Of a stretch of 64,000 nucleotides of DNA, positions 1-9,580 are shown in pieces. The position numbers and the translations under genes are program-made. This DNA is from an uncultured Acidobacteriota bacterium (GTDB lineage Bacteria > Acidobacteriota > JAQAZP01): positions 1,888,001 to 1,952,000 of the forward strand of contig CAWIIB010000009.1 in the NCBI GenBank assembly GCA_963836075.1. Reading direction: 5' to 3'. How positions within the stretch are numbered: the first letter of the stretch is position 1; every line of letters starts with the position of its first letter. The notes under the pieces were generated by a model that searched no databases, was not told the DNA's origin, and saw only the letters and a program-made list of their open reading frames with translations.

Positions 1-203
1 GAACTCTCGGTGTAGCCATCCGTCAGCCCTTCTTTAATCGCCTTGATCGCCGCATCCCGGATATGCGGCGGCGCGTTTGAGGTCGGTTTGGCCCACGACA
101 GAAACGAGACATCCTCTATCTCCTTTGATAAACGCGTCATCTCATGGATGGCTGATTTTGGTATTTGCGCCACTCTTTTCGACACCAGTGTTGTATTGCT
201 CAT
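1..203 (-). CDS. PLP-dependent aminotransferase class I/II, N-terminal part (runs off window start)
   Basis: Not in ORF track. Manual translation from ATG 203: MSNTTLVSKRVAQIPKSAIHEMTRLSKEIEDVSFLSWAKPTSNAPPHIRDAAIKAIKEGLTDGYTES, a typical AspC-like N-terminus. GAGG RBS upstream. Confidence 0.8.
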   Translation of the reverse strand, partial: MSNTTLVSKRVAQIPKSAIHEMTRLSKEIEDVSFLSWAKPTSNAPPHIRDAAIKAIKEGLTDGYTES

Positions 204-240
204 GAATGAATCCTCGACGATCTGTTTGGGATATACCATT

Positions 241-1209
241 TCATATGATCCTCCTGTTCTCGTTGTCACACCCACCAGCCTGCTTCAGCAGGTTCCGGAT
301 ATCGCCCACTTTCTCCTTCATGCCGAGATACCCTTCCTCCATGGAGTGCTCCACCTGGTCGAAATCCATGGTCTTCAATGCGCCGAGGCGGGGTTGGATC
401 AGGACGTCGGGAGGCTCCACCGCCAAATTGATCCGCGTGATCCGCTCCTGCATGATCCCCACCGAGGTCATTACCGTCTCCACGATATCGGGGGTACCAG
501 CATCGTTGTTCAGTTTTTCTCCGAAAGTCTTCCGGACTCTCATTCCCGCGTTCTCGTAAAACGCCGCCACCTTGCTCAGCCACTCCCTCTGGTGCCCGCC
601 CCGGTCATTAACCGAGGCTCCAATCCGTGGCCGTTCGCGGTGCTGCTTACGCCTGGAGAGAATTCCGCTGTTCAAGTCCACTGCCACCACCAGGTCCGCT
701 TCGGCGGCCCGGGCCACCCCCACCGGAACCGGGTCCACCAAACCGCCATCCACCAGCCAGCGGTTCTTCACCCGAGCCGGCGCGAAAAGCCCCGGAAAGG
801 ACATGGTGGCCCGAAGCGCCTCGAGCAGGTTGCCCGATTTGAGCACCACCTTGTCGCCTAATTCGAGGTCCGTGGCCACCACCGAAAGCGGGATAGCCAG
901 TTCGGCAAAGTCTTTCACTGCCGTGTGCATGGAAAAGAGTTCATGCAGTTTCCTGGTTCCATCCAGCAGCCCTGACCGCGGAATGACAAAATCAAAATAG
1001 GAGAAGACCTTTTTGCCGTCCATGCGTAGAACGAAATCCTTGAGCTGCTGCAGACAACCACAGGCATGAAGGGCCCCCACATAGGCCCCGATGCTGCAGC
1101 CGGCAATGAGGTCAATGGGGATCCCGGCCTCATCCAGGGCTTCGATGACCCCGATGTGCGCCCATCCGCGGGACGAACCACTGCCCAAAACCAGCCCGAC
1201 CTTTTTCAT
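241..1209 (-). CDS. Patatin-like phospholipase (RssA/NTE family)
   Basis: GSGSSRG glycine loop, GCSIG nucleophile motif, DGG motif. Start MKKVGL follows a GGAGG RBS. Confidence 0.9.
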   Translation of the reverse strand: MKKVGLVLGSGSSRGWAHIGVIEALDEAGIPIDLIAGCSIGAYVGALHACGCLQQLKDFVLRMDGKKVFSYFDFVIPRSGLLDGTRKLHELFSMHTAVKDFAELAIPLSVVATDLELGDKVVLKSGNLLEALRATMSFPGLFAPARVKNRWLVDGGLVDPVPVGVARAAEADLVVAVDLNSGILSRRKQHRERPRIGASVNDRGGHQREWLSKVAAFYENAGMRVRKTFGEKLNNDAGTPDIVETVMTSVGIMQERITRINLAVEPPDVLIQPRLGALKTMDFDQVEHSMEEGYLGMKEKVGDIRNLLKQAGGCDNENRRII

Positions 1210-1229
1210 CGTCTCCTCCTTAGGACGGA

Positions 1230-1664
1230 TCACTCCGGATAGTCCATGAATCTGCCGGTGGCGGTGGCCAGGACCTTGCCGTCCTGGCTCAGATCAGCGG
1301 CGAGCATGTGCAACGAGCCGCGGGTTTTTTCCCACCAACCCCGGACCGTGACGGGCCGGCCGGTCAACACCGGTTTCAGGAACCGGACCTCGAACCGGGC
1401 GGTAAGACCGGGGGTGCCGCGGGCCATCAAGCAGTTTGTCATGGCGCCATCCAACAGGGCGCTGGTAACACCGCCGTGCAGGAACCCCGGGTACCCCATG
1501 AATTCCTCGTGGCAGGGGAATACCCCGGTGACGACGCCGTCGGCACCAGCCTCGAACCGCACAGCGAGGCCGTGGTCGTGCAGCGGAGCATAGACCCAGC
1601 AATCGGGATGGCGCCTGGCGCGCGTGGCGGCATATTCGCCGGTAGTGTCAATGGTCGCAGGCAT
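1230..1664 (-). CDS. PaaI-family hotdog thioesterase
   Basis: GYPGFLHGGVTSALLDGAM and FLKPV motifs. Start MPATID follows GGAGG. Confidence 0.85.
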   Translation of the reverse strand: MPATIDTTGEYAATRARRHPDCWVYAPLHDHGLAVRFEAGADGVVTGVFPCHEEFMGYPGFLHGGVTSALLDGAMTNCLMARGTPGLTARFEVRFLKPVLTGRPVTVRGWWEKTRGSLHMLAADLSQDGKVLATATGRFMDYPE

Positions 1665-1740
1665 TGGCCTCCGCTCGATGCTTCGTGAACCACTCGTCAT
1701 ACTCGTCCGCAAACATTTCGAAGGGTTCGATGTTCGCCAT
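1648..1740 (-). pseudogene. N-terminal remnant of a class I SAM-dependent methyltransferase
   Basis: 30-codon ORF MANIEPFEMFADEYDEWFTKH... resembles the F..A..YD.WF N-terminus of type 11 methyltransferases, then runs into the thioesterase RBS. Confidence 0.6.
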
Positions 1741-1767
1741 GATCTCTTTCACCGGAGAGGATCGAAG

Positions 1768-2727
1768 CTACGTCTTCGGTGCTCTTTTCGGTAAAGACAG
1801 CTTTCTCAAGTAGAACTTCCGGCCATTGTACTCCGTGACAACAAGCTCCCCTTCTCTCACCAACTTCTCAACGATGCTGTCGTTGCTCTCAGCCTTCTTC
1901 AGATATGCTTCTACGGCATCCGCTCTCATTGGATGTACGGAGGTGATGCTCAGAATGTCTTCTTCGGCGTTGCCCGTGTAAGCAAATTGGTTTCCCTCAT
2001 ATCCGATGAGGTACTCCACCGTCAGTTCATTCTCGACAAAGATCTGGTAGGCCTGATTCAACGCCGATTCCTCGGGTGGTTCTACCCAGTCCTCCGCGGG
2101 AGGCCTCGTCGGAACACTCAGGTACGAAGTGGCTGCTCCCAGGTATTGAATGAATCTGGCAACCCCACGAACCTGCTCCGGGGTGTCATTGAGCCCCTTC
2201 ACCAGCATCGTTTCCGTCACCAGTCGTCCATCGAATTTCCTGGCGAAGAGATCCATGCCTTTGAGCATTGAATCCAGATGCAGTTTCCGGTGCGGTCGAT
2301 CGATCTTTCTCCACACCTTCTCGTCGACGGCATCAACCTTGATCGAAACCCAATCGGCCTTGGCAAGATCGTTCCGCACTGCGGGCTGGTCGATCAGGGT
2401 TGCATTTGTGATCACCGCCAACTTGGTCTTCCAGGGTTTGAGTAGATCCAGCAACACACCGAGGTTCTCGTCCAGGGTCGGTTCTCCGTCGGGTACCAGG
2501 GTCAGGTAATCGATGGGCTCGCCATGCTCGCGGGCACGCTGGAGATGCTCTTCGATTTCGCGATAGAGCTCGTTCGGCGAGTAGAATTCCTGTCTGTCGA
2601 CGGTCATTTTCAGTGAGCGCCCAAGCTGACAATAAACGCAGGAATAGGTGCAGATCTTGGGCGGGATGTTGTTGATCCCGACACTTCGTCCCAATCGCCG
2701 GGAAGGAACCGGACCGAAAACACGCAT
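1768..2727 (-). CDS. Radical SAM protein (FGPVPSRRLGRS family)
   Basis: CTYSCVYC motif, DGEPTL, ITN. C-terminal winged-helix-like tail. Confidence 0.9.
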   Translation of the reverse strand: MRVFGPVPSRRLGRSVGINNIPPKICTYSCVYCQLGRSLKMTVDRQEFYSPNELYREIEEHLQRAREHGEPIDYLTLVPDGEPTLDENLGVLLDLLKPWKTKLAVITNATLIDQPAVRNDLAKADWVSIKVDAVDEKVWRKIDRPHRKLHLDSMLKGMDLFARKFDGRLVTETMLVKGLNDTPEQVRGVARFIQYLGAATSYLSVPTRPPAEDWVEPPEESALNQAYQIFVENELTVEYLIGYEGNQFAYTGNAEEDILSITSVHPMRADAVEAYLKKAESNDSIVEKLVREGELVVTEYNGRKFYLRKLSLPKRAPKT

Positions 2728-2897
2728 GGTTTCTCCCTTGTTCAATCGTATGCATTGTGAACTGCGGCCAAAGAATGCGTCGGCCAAATCCACTCCTGCC
2801 ATTCCGAAGCGTTCCAGGTGCCCGGTTGTTGATGGATCAGGAAGTACAACCCGGGGATTGGATGCGCACCCACCACCACATTCGGATCACTTGAATC

Positions 2898-2913
2898 AGC
2901 AAAGCCTGTGCCA
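2898..2913 (-). promoter_or_regulatory. sigma54 -24/-12 promoter for the leftward operon
   Basis: TGGCACAGGCTTTGCT on the minus strand, consensus TGGCAC-N5-TTGCW. Confidence 0.8.
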
Positions 2914-3009
2914 TGATGAGTGAGCGAATGTAAATGATTGAATAAAGAAACTTATGATGATCAATGGAATCATCTGGACCACAGTACGGTGAGGATCATT
3001 GGACGGAGA

Positions 3010-3110
3010 GTAGCAAAAGCGCAACTTCAAACTAAGAGAGCGTCGCATAACAGCTACGGTTCAATCGATTATTTGCTGACGCCCTCACACCAAAGAAGCG
3101 CGAGTGCAAC
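3010..3110. promoter_or_regulatory. Putative enhancer (UAS) sites GTnGCA-N4-YGCnAC
   Basis: GTAGCAAAAGCGCAAC (3010-3025), GTCGCATAACAGCTAC (3042-3057) and GAAGCGCGAGTGCAAC (3095-3110), between divergent sigma54 promoters. Confidence 0.55.
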
Positions 3111-3217
3111 GATATTCAATAAAACGTCCGAGATTTTTTTCATCGAATAGAGGGGCACCAATACAACCTTTGTTTTATCAGGTGGTTGGCAGAAAAAGTA
3201 TACTTCCGCTCGTCATC

Positions 3218-3233
3218 TGGTACGGCCTTTGCG
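3218..3233 (+). promoter_or_regulatory. sigma54 promoter
   Basis: TGGTACGGCCTTTGCG, GG-N10-GC spacing. Confidence 0.7.
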
Positions 3234-3348
3234 TTAGTGAATGATCGTCAGGGGAATATCAACCCCGGGTCGAACGCAATACCAGTATTTCCTCCTGCCT
3301 TCACTTTTGGACAACCATGGCGGGGCAGGAGTCGAGAAAGGAAGAAAG

Positions 3349-3714
3349 ATGAATCAAAGGGATCAACTCGCAGGAGAGATCATGGTGATGATCAGCAGTG
3401 CAAGAGAACAGCGATTGAGACCACACGAGATACAGAAGGCGCTCTCAACGAAATTCTCTGTTCCCTTGTCCATGGTGAATGATGTTCTAAAGGAACTCGT
3501 GGCAAGAGAGAAGCTGGTCTTCACCTATCGCGACCCGTGCAATTACGTGGAAATTCCCTGCACTGAAGTCAACACAGGCGCCCGCCCCCTGAAAGTGATC
3601 GTTGACGTCGAAGGTGAACCGTGGATCTGTGATACCGACGTGGATCCGTCAAAGGAACTGGCCGATCAGGGTTGCTGGCGCTGTGGAGATCTGAGCTTCA
3701 CGAGAAACGACTAG
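3349..3714 (+). CDS. Hypothetical protein: winged-helix-like N-domain plus C-terminal Cys-rich domain (WxCD...QGCWRC)
   Basis: Helix-helix-hairpin pattern (LKELVAREKLVFTY). C-terminal ~45 aa homologous to 8997..9194. Confidence 0.7.
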   Translation: MNQRDQLAGEIMVMISSAREQRLRPHEIQKALSTKFSVPLSMVNDVLKELVAREKLVFTYRDPCNYVEIPCTEVNTGARPLKVIVDVEGEPWICDTDVDPSKELADQGCWRCGDLSFTRND

Positions 3715-3840
3715 CCAACAAATCTCATCGGGCCGAAAACATCTGAATACTGATGGTGTGAGACAGTTTGTTACGAGGGTCACTTTCCCGGAAAGGTTGT
3801 TTTCGGAATCACTGTTGAGCATTGATCTTAAGGTGTCGCA

Positions 3841-5526
3841 ATGGAAACAGCAGGCTCTTCCAAGGGTTGTGAGCTTGTGCTCTCTGGGCGGATCATCGCT
3901 CCTGGTATCGCGTTTGGTTACGCACATTTCGATGAAGTTCTACCGTCAGTCTCCTCCGCAGGCATCGGTCCGACTGAGGTAGATACGGAAATAGACCGGT
4001 TGAAGAGCGCCGTTTCGATCGCCCACCGAAACCTTGAAGTCCACATCCGTGAACTACACGACCCGTCAGAGGAGGATTTCCAGCAGATCCTCTCGTCGCA
4101 TCTCCTCATGCTGGATGACAGGGAATTCCTCTCCTCGGTTGTCAACCGCATCAAGTGTGACCTTGTGCCGGCAGAATTTGCAGTGCAGGAGGCGTTCAGC
4201 GTGGCGGCGGTTCGGCTGGGAGCCAGCAGGGACAGTTACCTCCGTGCTCGCGCAGAGGACATTCGCGATATCTGCCAGGTCATCCAGAGAACGCTCATGC
4301 TTGGGGAAAAGGCCTTCCAGACAAGCGCTCAGGATCGAACCGCGGCCATATGGATTGCTCCCCGCATTCATCCTTCCGTTGTTTTTCGCGCCAGGAGCTC
4401 TGGTGTCGCTGCGCTGATCACGTCCAGCACTGCCTACTCCTCTCACGGCGCCATTCTCCTGCGATCAGTCGGCGTTCCATCGCTGGGCAGCATCTCGTTT
4501 CCCGACGGTATCGTGAATGAAGGAACCCCGATTCTCGTCGATGCTGTCCATGGCAAAGTCCACCTTCGACCTGCTGCGGAAACGATAAAATCCACGATGA
4601 CCCTTGCAGCGGGGTTGGAGCAGTTAAACTCGAGCGAGTCGCTTTCCCCGCTTGATGCGCTCACGGCTGACGGACGGGCCATCAGACTCAGGGCCAATAT
4701 CGAGCACCCCTCCCAGACATCGCTCTGCTTTCATTACAGACTCAACGGTATCGGACTTTTTCGGACCGAGTTCATGGTACTGGCCAACGGCCGGATTCCG
4801 GATGAGGAAGAGCAATACCGAGCATACCGGGAACTGGTAGACCGTATGGGGGGGAAACCGATTGTCATCCGCACGTTTGATATTGGCGGCGATAAGGTTA
4901 CCGCCGACCTTCACCAGTGTTCGGGCTCGAATCCGGCCCTCGGTGTTCGCGGCCTTCGCCGACATCTTCTGCGAACTCCGCATGAACTCCACACCCAGAT
5001 GAGGGCGATTCTCCGCGCTGCCAGGGATGCTGACGTAGCGATCCTTTTTCCGATGGTCACCCATGCCGGCGATCTTGCCACCGCTAGGGGAATCCTGGAA
5101 AAGGTAAAGGCGGAACTCGAGCAGGAACGCTTTCCCTTCAACAATAACATCAGAATGGGCGCCATGATCGAAGTGCCCTCCGCTGCATTGGAACTGGGGG
5201 AAATCCTCGAACTTGCAGACTTCGTGAGCATCGGCACCAACGATCTCCTGCAGTATTTAACTGCAACGGACCGTGACAACCCCGAAGTGGAGGAGTACCA
5301 GAGCCTCACCACTTCAGGACTTCGCCCGCTGGTGAACCTGATGATGGATCAGGCACGGTCCATGGGGCGGGAACAGGATGTATCTGTTTGCGGCGAGATG
5401 GCCTCCGATCCAGAGGGCGCCAAATTTCTCGTGGAACTCGGAATTGAATCACTGAGCATCTCTCCAGGCGCGGCGCCGGCGGTGAGGAATGCCATCGGGA
5501 CGATCAATCCATTCATTGATATCTGA
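3841..5526 (+). CDS. ptsI: Phosphoenolpyruvate-protein phosphotransferase (PTS enzyme I-like)
   Basis: SSHGAIL phospho-His motif, GIGLFRTEF, RTFDIGGDK, NPALGVRG, SIGTNDL, CGEMA. Confidence 0.9.
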   Translation: METAGSSKGCELVLSGRIIAPGIAFGYAHFDEVLPSVSSAGIGPTEVDTEIDRLKSAVSIAHRNLEVHIRELHDPSEEDFQQILSSHLLMLDDREFLSSVVNRIKCDLVPAEFAVQEAFSVAAVRLGASRDSYLRARAEDIRDICQVIQRTLMLGEKAFQTSAQDRTAAIWIAPRIHPSVVFRARSSGVAALITSSTAYSSHGAILLRSVGVPSLGSISFPDGIVNEGTPILVDAVHGKVHLRPAAETIKSTMTLAAGLEQLNSSESLSPLDALTADGRAIRLRANIEHPSQTSLCFHYRLNGIGLFRTEFMVLANGRIPDEEEQYRAYRELVDRMGGKPIVIRTFDIGGDKVTADLHQCSGSNPALGVRGLRRHLLRTPHELHTQMRAILRAARDADVAILFPMVTHAGDLATARGILEKVKAELEQERFPFNNNIRMGAMIEVPSAALELGEILELADFVSIGTNDLLQYLTATDRDNPEVEEYQSLTTSGLRPLVNLMMDQARSMGREQDVSVCGEMASDPEGAKFLVELGIESLSISPGAAPAVRNAIGTINPFIDI

Positions 5527-5542
5527 GAACTGCGGTGACGAG

Positions 5543-6568
5543 ATGGTTGTTTGGAATGTCTTCAAGGAAGCGTTGACAATCACGGCCTTTGTTGCGGTGA
5601 TCATGATCGCCATCGAATACGTCAATATACGGACCCGCGGTCTGGTCATGCAGGCACTGGGTGATTCACTTCCGCGGCAATACTTACTGGCTGCAGCGCT
5701 TGGAGCAACGCCCGGCTGCCTGGGTGCTTTTGTCCTCGTTGCGCTCTTCACCCATCGGCGACTTTCGCCCGGTGCGCTTGCGGCAGGCATGATTGCCACC
5801 AGCGGCGACGAGATGTTTGTGATGCTCGCACTAATGCCGAAGACGGCACTCCTCATGACCGCCGGTCTGATGATCCTGGGAGTTGCTGCCGGGTGGATCT
5901 CTGACCGAATCTTGCGGTTGAAACCGACGTCGGCCTGCAATGGATGTGCAAGCTTTGCCGTTCACGAGGAGGAACACTGTCGCTGCTTTCCCAGAGGCCA
6001 GGTAAGAGAGTTATGGAATCCACCCAGTCCACATCGGGCGATCCTTGCCGTGGTGGTCGCCGTCATTCTTCTGTCCATCATGGCGGGAAAGATCGGCCCC
6101 CTGGGCTGGGACTGGAAACGCGTTACGCTGCTTTGTCTTACAGGATCTGTAGAATTTATCATTTGGACCGTTCCGGATCACTTTCTCGATGAGCACCTGT
6201 GGAATCATGTTTCACGAAAGCACGTACCTCAACTCTTCCTCTGGACGTTGGGGGCGATGGCCACCATCAGTCTTTTCGATTCATTTTTTGATCTGAGGTC
6301 GATGCTGGCGGATAACAGCTGGCTGGTCCTTTTGGCCGCGGCCATTGTCGGCATCATTCCCGAATCCGGACCCCACCTGCTGTTTGTCAATCTTTTTGTC
6401 CAGGGCATTGTTCCGTTCAGCGTGCTCGTGGCGAGTTCGGTTGTTCAGGACGGACACGGAATGCTTCCGCTGCTGGCCCATTCCCGAGGTGATTTTCTGC
6501 GAATCAAGGCAGTGAACCTGGTGTTCGGGCTGGGGGCGGGTGCCCTGCTCATGGCGGCAGGTTTCTGA
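5543..6568 (+). CDS. Putative manganese/metal transporter (ArsP_2/DUF2899-like)
   Basis: GATPGCLG, ATSGDE, GIIPESGPH and SSVVQDGHG motifs. Multiple TM helices with a Cys/His-rich loop. Confidence 0.8.
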   Translation: MVVWNVFKEALTITAFVAVIMIAIEYVNIRTRGLVMQALGDSLPRQYLLAAALGATPGCLGAFVLVALFTHRRLSPGALAAGMIATSGDEMFVMLALMPKTALLMTAGLMILGVAAGWISDRILRLKPTSACNGCASFAVHEEEHCRCFPRGQVRELWNPPSPHRAILAVVVAVILLSIMAGKIGPLGWDWKRVTLLCLTGSVEFIIWTVPDHFLDEHLWNHVSRKHVPQLFLWTLGAMATISLFDSFFDLRSMLADNSWLVLLAAAIVGIIPESGPHLLFVNLFVQGIVPFSVLVASSVVQDGHGMLPLLAHSRGDFLRIKAVNLVFGLGAGALLMAAGF

Positions 6569-6619
6569 CGCTGGCCGCTCAAGTCCATTGCCGGCAAGTT
6601 TAATCGTGAGGAGAGGATC

Positions 6620-8527
6620 ATGAAAGCCTTTGAGAGTATCCGACTCAATGCACTGACACTCCCGAATCGCCTGGTCATGGCCCCGGTGAAAACAGCGTTC
6701 GGAAGCAGCGAAGGGAAAGTGACCGATACGCTTTTGGCCTACTACTCGCGCCGCGCGAAAGGCGGTGTGGGAACGATCATTGTCGAGCCGCTTTATGTAG
6801 ATGGTGCGGGCAAGGAACATCCCAAGCAGCTTGGGATCGATGTCGGCAACCATCTTGACGGCCTCCATCGGCTCGTCTCCACAATCCACGCCGGTGGCGC
6901 TAGAGCCTTTGCCCATCTCAACCATGCCGGACGCGCCGCAAACCCGAAGGCCACCGGCCTCACTCCGGAGGCGCCATCGGAAATGGTTTGTCCCTCCACC
7001 GGGGTTGTGGCCCGGGAGATGGATGAAGCTCGGATTCAGGAGATTGTCCAGGCCTTTGTCCACGCTGCGTGGCGGGCGAAATGGGCGAAATTCGACGGAG
7101 TGGAACTTCAATGCGGGCTGGGCTACCTTGTGGCTCAATTTTATTCCCCAAAAACCAATCATCGCCAGGACGGATACGGTGGTAGCCGGGAGAGACGCGC
7201 GCGATTTGCTCAGGAGGTGGTCAAGGCCGTGCGTAAAACTCTTGGGCCGGACATGCCTCTCATCGCCCGTATCTCCGCAACGGAACAGGTGGATGGCGGG
7301 CTGGACCTGAAGGACGGTCAGGATCTGGCCCGGAGGCTGGTGAGCTGGGGAATCGACGCCCTGCACGTGGTAAGCGGTTCGGCCTGCGACACACCTCCCT
7401 GGTACTACCAGCACATGAGTCTGCCCGAGGGGAAGAACGAACTGTTTGCCGCCGGAATCCGAAAGGGGCTCGATATCCCGGTCATCGTTGCCGGGCGTCT
7501 CGGGGATCCGGATCGAATTGCCGGCATCCTTGCCGACGGGCAGGCGGACATGGTGGCCTTGGGCCGGCCCCTGGTTGCCGACCCTGATCTGCCCCGGAAA
7601 ATGCGTGAGGGCCGCACGGATAAAATCATGCTGTGCGGGGGCTGCCTGCAGGGCTGCCTCGTTTCCGTCAAAGCGGGTGAGGGTCTCAGCTGCATCGTAA
7701 ACCCGGAAGTGGGCCACGAAGCGGAAACAGAGCCGGCCGCGAAAACCCCACGCCACGTGGTGGTGATCGGCGGCGGGCCGGCGGGTCTGATGGCTGCTAT
7801 CGTTGCCCGCAGGCGCGGTCATTCCGTCACCCTTCTTGAAAAAGGGGAACTGGGAGGGCAATTCGCGCTCTCCTATCTCGCACCGGGCAAGGAGGCCATG
7901 CAGCGGCCCTTGTCTTCACTGCTCCATTGGGCGCGCCGATCCGGGGCTGACATTCGCACGGGAATGGCGGCCGACGTTGATGCAATTATCGACCTGGCCC
8001 CCGGCGTGGTGGTGTTGGCAACCGGAGCGAAACCGATCATGCCGGTCATTCCGGGTCTCGTATCAGCTGTTACCGGTGAGGAGGCTCTCAACGGGAACAC
8101 GGAGATCGGCGATAGAGTCCTCGTACTTGGCGGCGGACTGGTGGGTATCGAGGTTGCCGAATTCCTCGCCAAACGCAACAGAAAAGTAGTTGTCGTCGAA
8201 ATGCTGGACGATATCGCCCGCGACATGGAAATGATCACACGCAAAATGACGATCAAACGTCTTCAGACCCTGGATGTTGAGATTCATACAAACACGACAC
8301 TTCTGCGGATGGAGGGAAACAGGGCCATTGTGCGGGATGAAACGGGCATCCATGATTCTGGATCGTATGACACGGTTGTGGTGGCGGTGGGGACGCACCC
8401 GGAGGGTTCACTCTCGCAGCCCCTTGCCGAACGGGGGATCGAGGTCCACAAAATCGGTGATGCCTCGGAACTGGGGCAGGTGATTGGCGCCGTTCGTTCG
8501 GGATGGGAAACGGGGCGGCGAATCTAA
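6620..8527 (+). CDS. NADH:flavin oxidoreductase (OYE/2,4-dienoyl-CoA reductase-like, FMN, 4Fe-4S, FAD)
   Basis: LPNRLVMAP, NHRQDGYGGS, CGGCLQGC-x11-C cluster motif, GGGPAG and GGGLVG Rossmann motifs. Confidence 0.9.
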   Translation: MKAFESIRLNALTLPNRLVMAPVKTAFGSSEGKVTDTLLAYYSRRAKGGVGTIIVEPLYVDGAGKEHPKQLGIDVGNHLDGLHRLVSTIHAGGARAFAHLNHAGRAANPKATGLTPEAPSEMVCPSTGVVAREMDEARIQEIVQAFVHAAWRAKWAKFDGVELQCGLGYLVAQFYSPKTNHRQDGYGGSRERRARFAQEVVKAVRKTLGPDMPLIARISATEQVDGGLDLKDGQDLARRLVSWGIDALHVVSGSACDTPPWYYQHMSLPEGKNELFAAGIRKGLDIPVIVAGRLGDPDRIAGILADGQADMVALGRPLVADPDLPRKMREGRTDKIMLCGGCLQGCLVSVKAGEGLSCIVNPEVGHEAETEPAAKTPRHVVVIGGGPAGLMAAIVARRRGHSVTLLEKGELGGQFALSYLAPGKEAMQRPLSSLLHWARRSGADIRTGMAADVDAIIDLAPGVVVLATGAKPIMPVIPGLVSAVTGEEALNGNTEIGDRVLVLGGGLVGIEVAEFLAKRNRKVVVVEMLDDIARDMEMITRKMTIKRLQTLDVEIHTNTTLLRMEGNRAIVRDETGIHDSGSYDTVVVAVGTHPEGSLSQPLAERGIEVHKIGDASELGQVIGAVRSGWETGRRI

Positions 8528-8554
8528 CTTTTTACATGCAGATTGGAGGTCGCC

Positions 8555-8866
8555 ATGCTCGACATGATCGTAGATTGCAATTCAATGGAATGGCAGGACG
8601 CCAGCGACATGTATCCGCAGGGTACGAAAATTAAAGTGCTTCGCGACGACCAGGGAGGAAGAACCATCGTCCTTCAGCTGCCACTAGGTTTCAGAATGGA
8701 AGGCCACAGCCATACCAAGAATGAGCAGCACTATGTTTTGAGCGGGCAGTATGAATTGGAGGGTAGAGCCTGCGGCGAGGGGACCTACCAGCTTATTCAC
8801 TCTGAAATGAGCCATGGTCCATTTACGTCGGAGGCCGGAGCAGTGGTTCTGGTCATCTGGAACTGA
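8555..8866 (+). CDS. Cupin domain protein (ChrR-like)
   Basis: HSH-x3-EQHYVLSG...HGPF cupin motifs. GGAGG RBS. Confidence 0.85.
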   Translation: MLDMIVDCNSMEWQDASDMYPQGTKIKVLRDDQGGRTIVLQLPLGFRMEGHSHTKNEQHYVLSGQYELEGRACGEGTYQLIHSEMSHGPFTSEAGAVVLVIWN

Positions 8867-8919
8867 TGGCAAAGAGGGCAGTACTGAGCAATTCCCGCAG
8901 CGGGCCTGTCGGCTGGTCG

Positions 8920-8935
8920 TGGCATGAGTTGTGCT
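8920..8935 (+). promoter_or_regulatory. sigma54 promoter
   Basis: TGGCATGAGTTGTGCT, GG-N10-GC, ~60 nt upstream of 8997. Confidence 0.55.
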
Positions 8936-8996
8936 TAAGCAATAGGGTGTACTGAGCGTTCATTCATGTCACCCTGAAACAGGGAAGGAGAATGTC

Positions 8997-9194
8997 ATGT
9001 CTGATAAAATCAATCCGGACGAAAGAGAAGAGATGACCACCGACACTCACAAACCTGCTCGCCCACTGAAGTACTTCAAGGACAATGATGGTTACGGCTG
9101 GCTTTGCGACAAGGATATCGATCCCGGCAAAGATTTCCGGACGCAGGGTTGCTGGCGGTGCGACCAGATGGCGTTCCCCACTGGAGGGAGATAG
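8997..9194 (+). CDS. Small Cys-rich hypothetical protein (RPLK..WLCD..QGCWRC)
   Basis: AAGGAG RBS. Paralogous to the C-domain of 3349..3714. Confidence 0.75.
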   Translation: MSDKINPDEREEMTTDTHKPARPLKYFKDNDGYGWLCDKDIDPGKDFRTQGCWRCDQMAFPTGGR

Positions 9195-9580
9195 TCGCAG
9201 GTATACCAGGCCCTCTTGTCCTTGATATGGCCGGGAGCATCCTGCTTGACGCAAAACCTGGTCTGTCCGCCAGCAGCATTCGCCGGCGGACAGGCCGGCA
9301 TGATAGTGATCGCCGCTACTCTCTGAACACGACCGAGCCTGGTCTGATCATCGTGCTCCCTTCCTCTATCGCCACCTTGTAAGCGTTGGACATTCCCATG
9401 GATAAGACCTTCATTTAAACTGCAGGGGTGGACAGGATCGGCGATAGAGCTGGTCACGGCTGTTTGGATCCCGGATTCATCTTGACCCGAGGATTGCGAA
9501 AAGGCTACTCTAGCGTGATGGGACATTGCAATAGTGCGACTATCGACAGGTTGCCCTTCCAAACCGGAGCGTTGGGTTAA

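Noticed and set aside
9200-9520. Short ORFs between the Cys protein and the PAS activator
   Set aside because: No recognisable motifs or RBS; probably non-coding or decayed.
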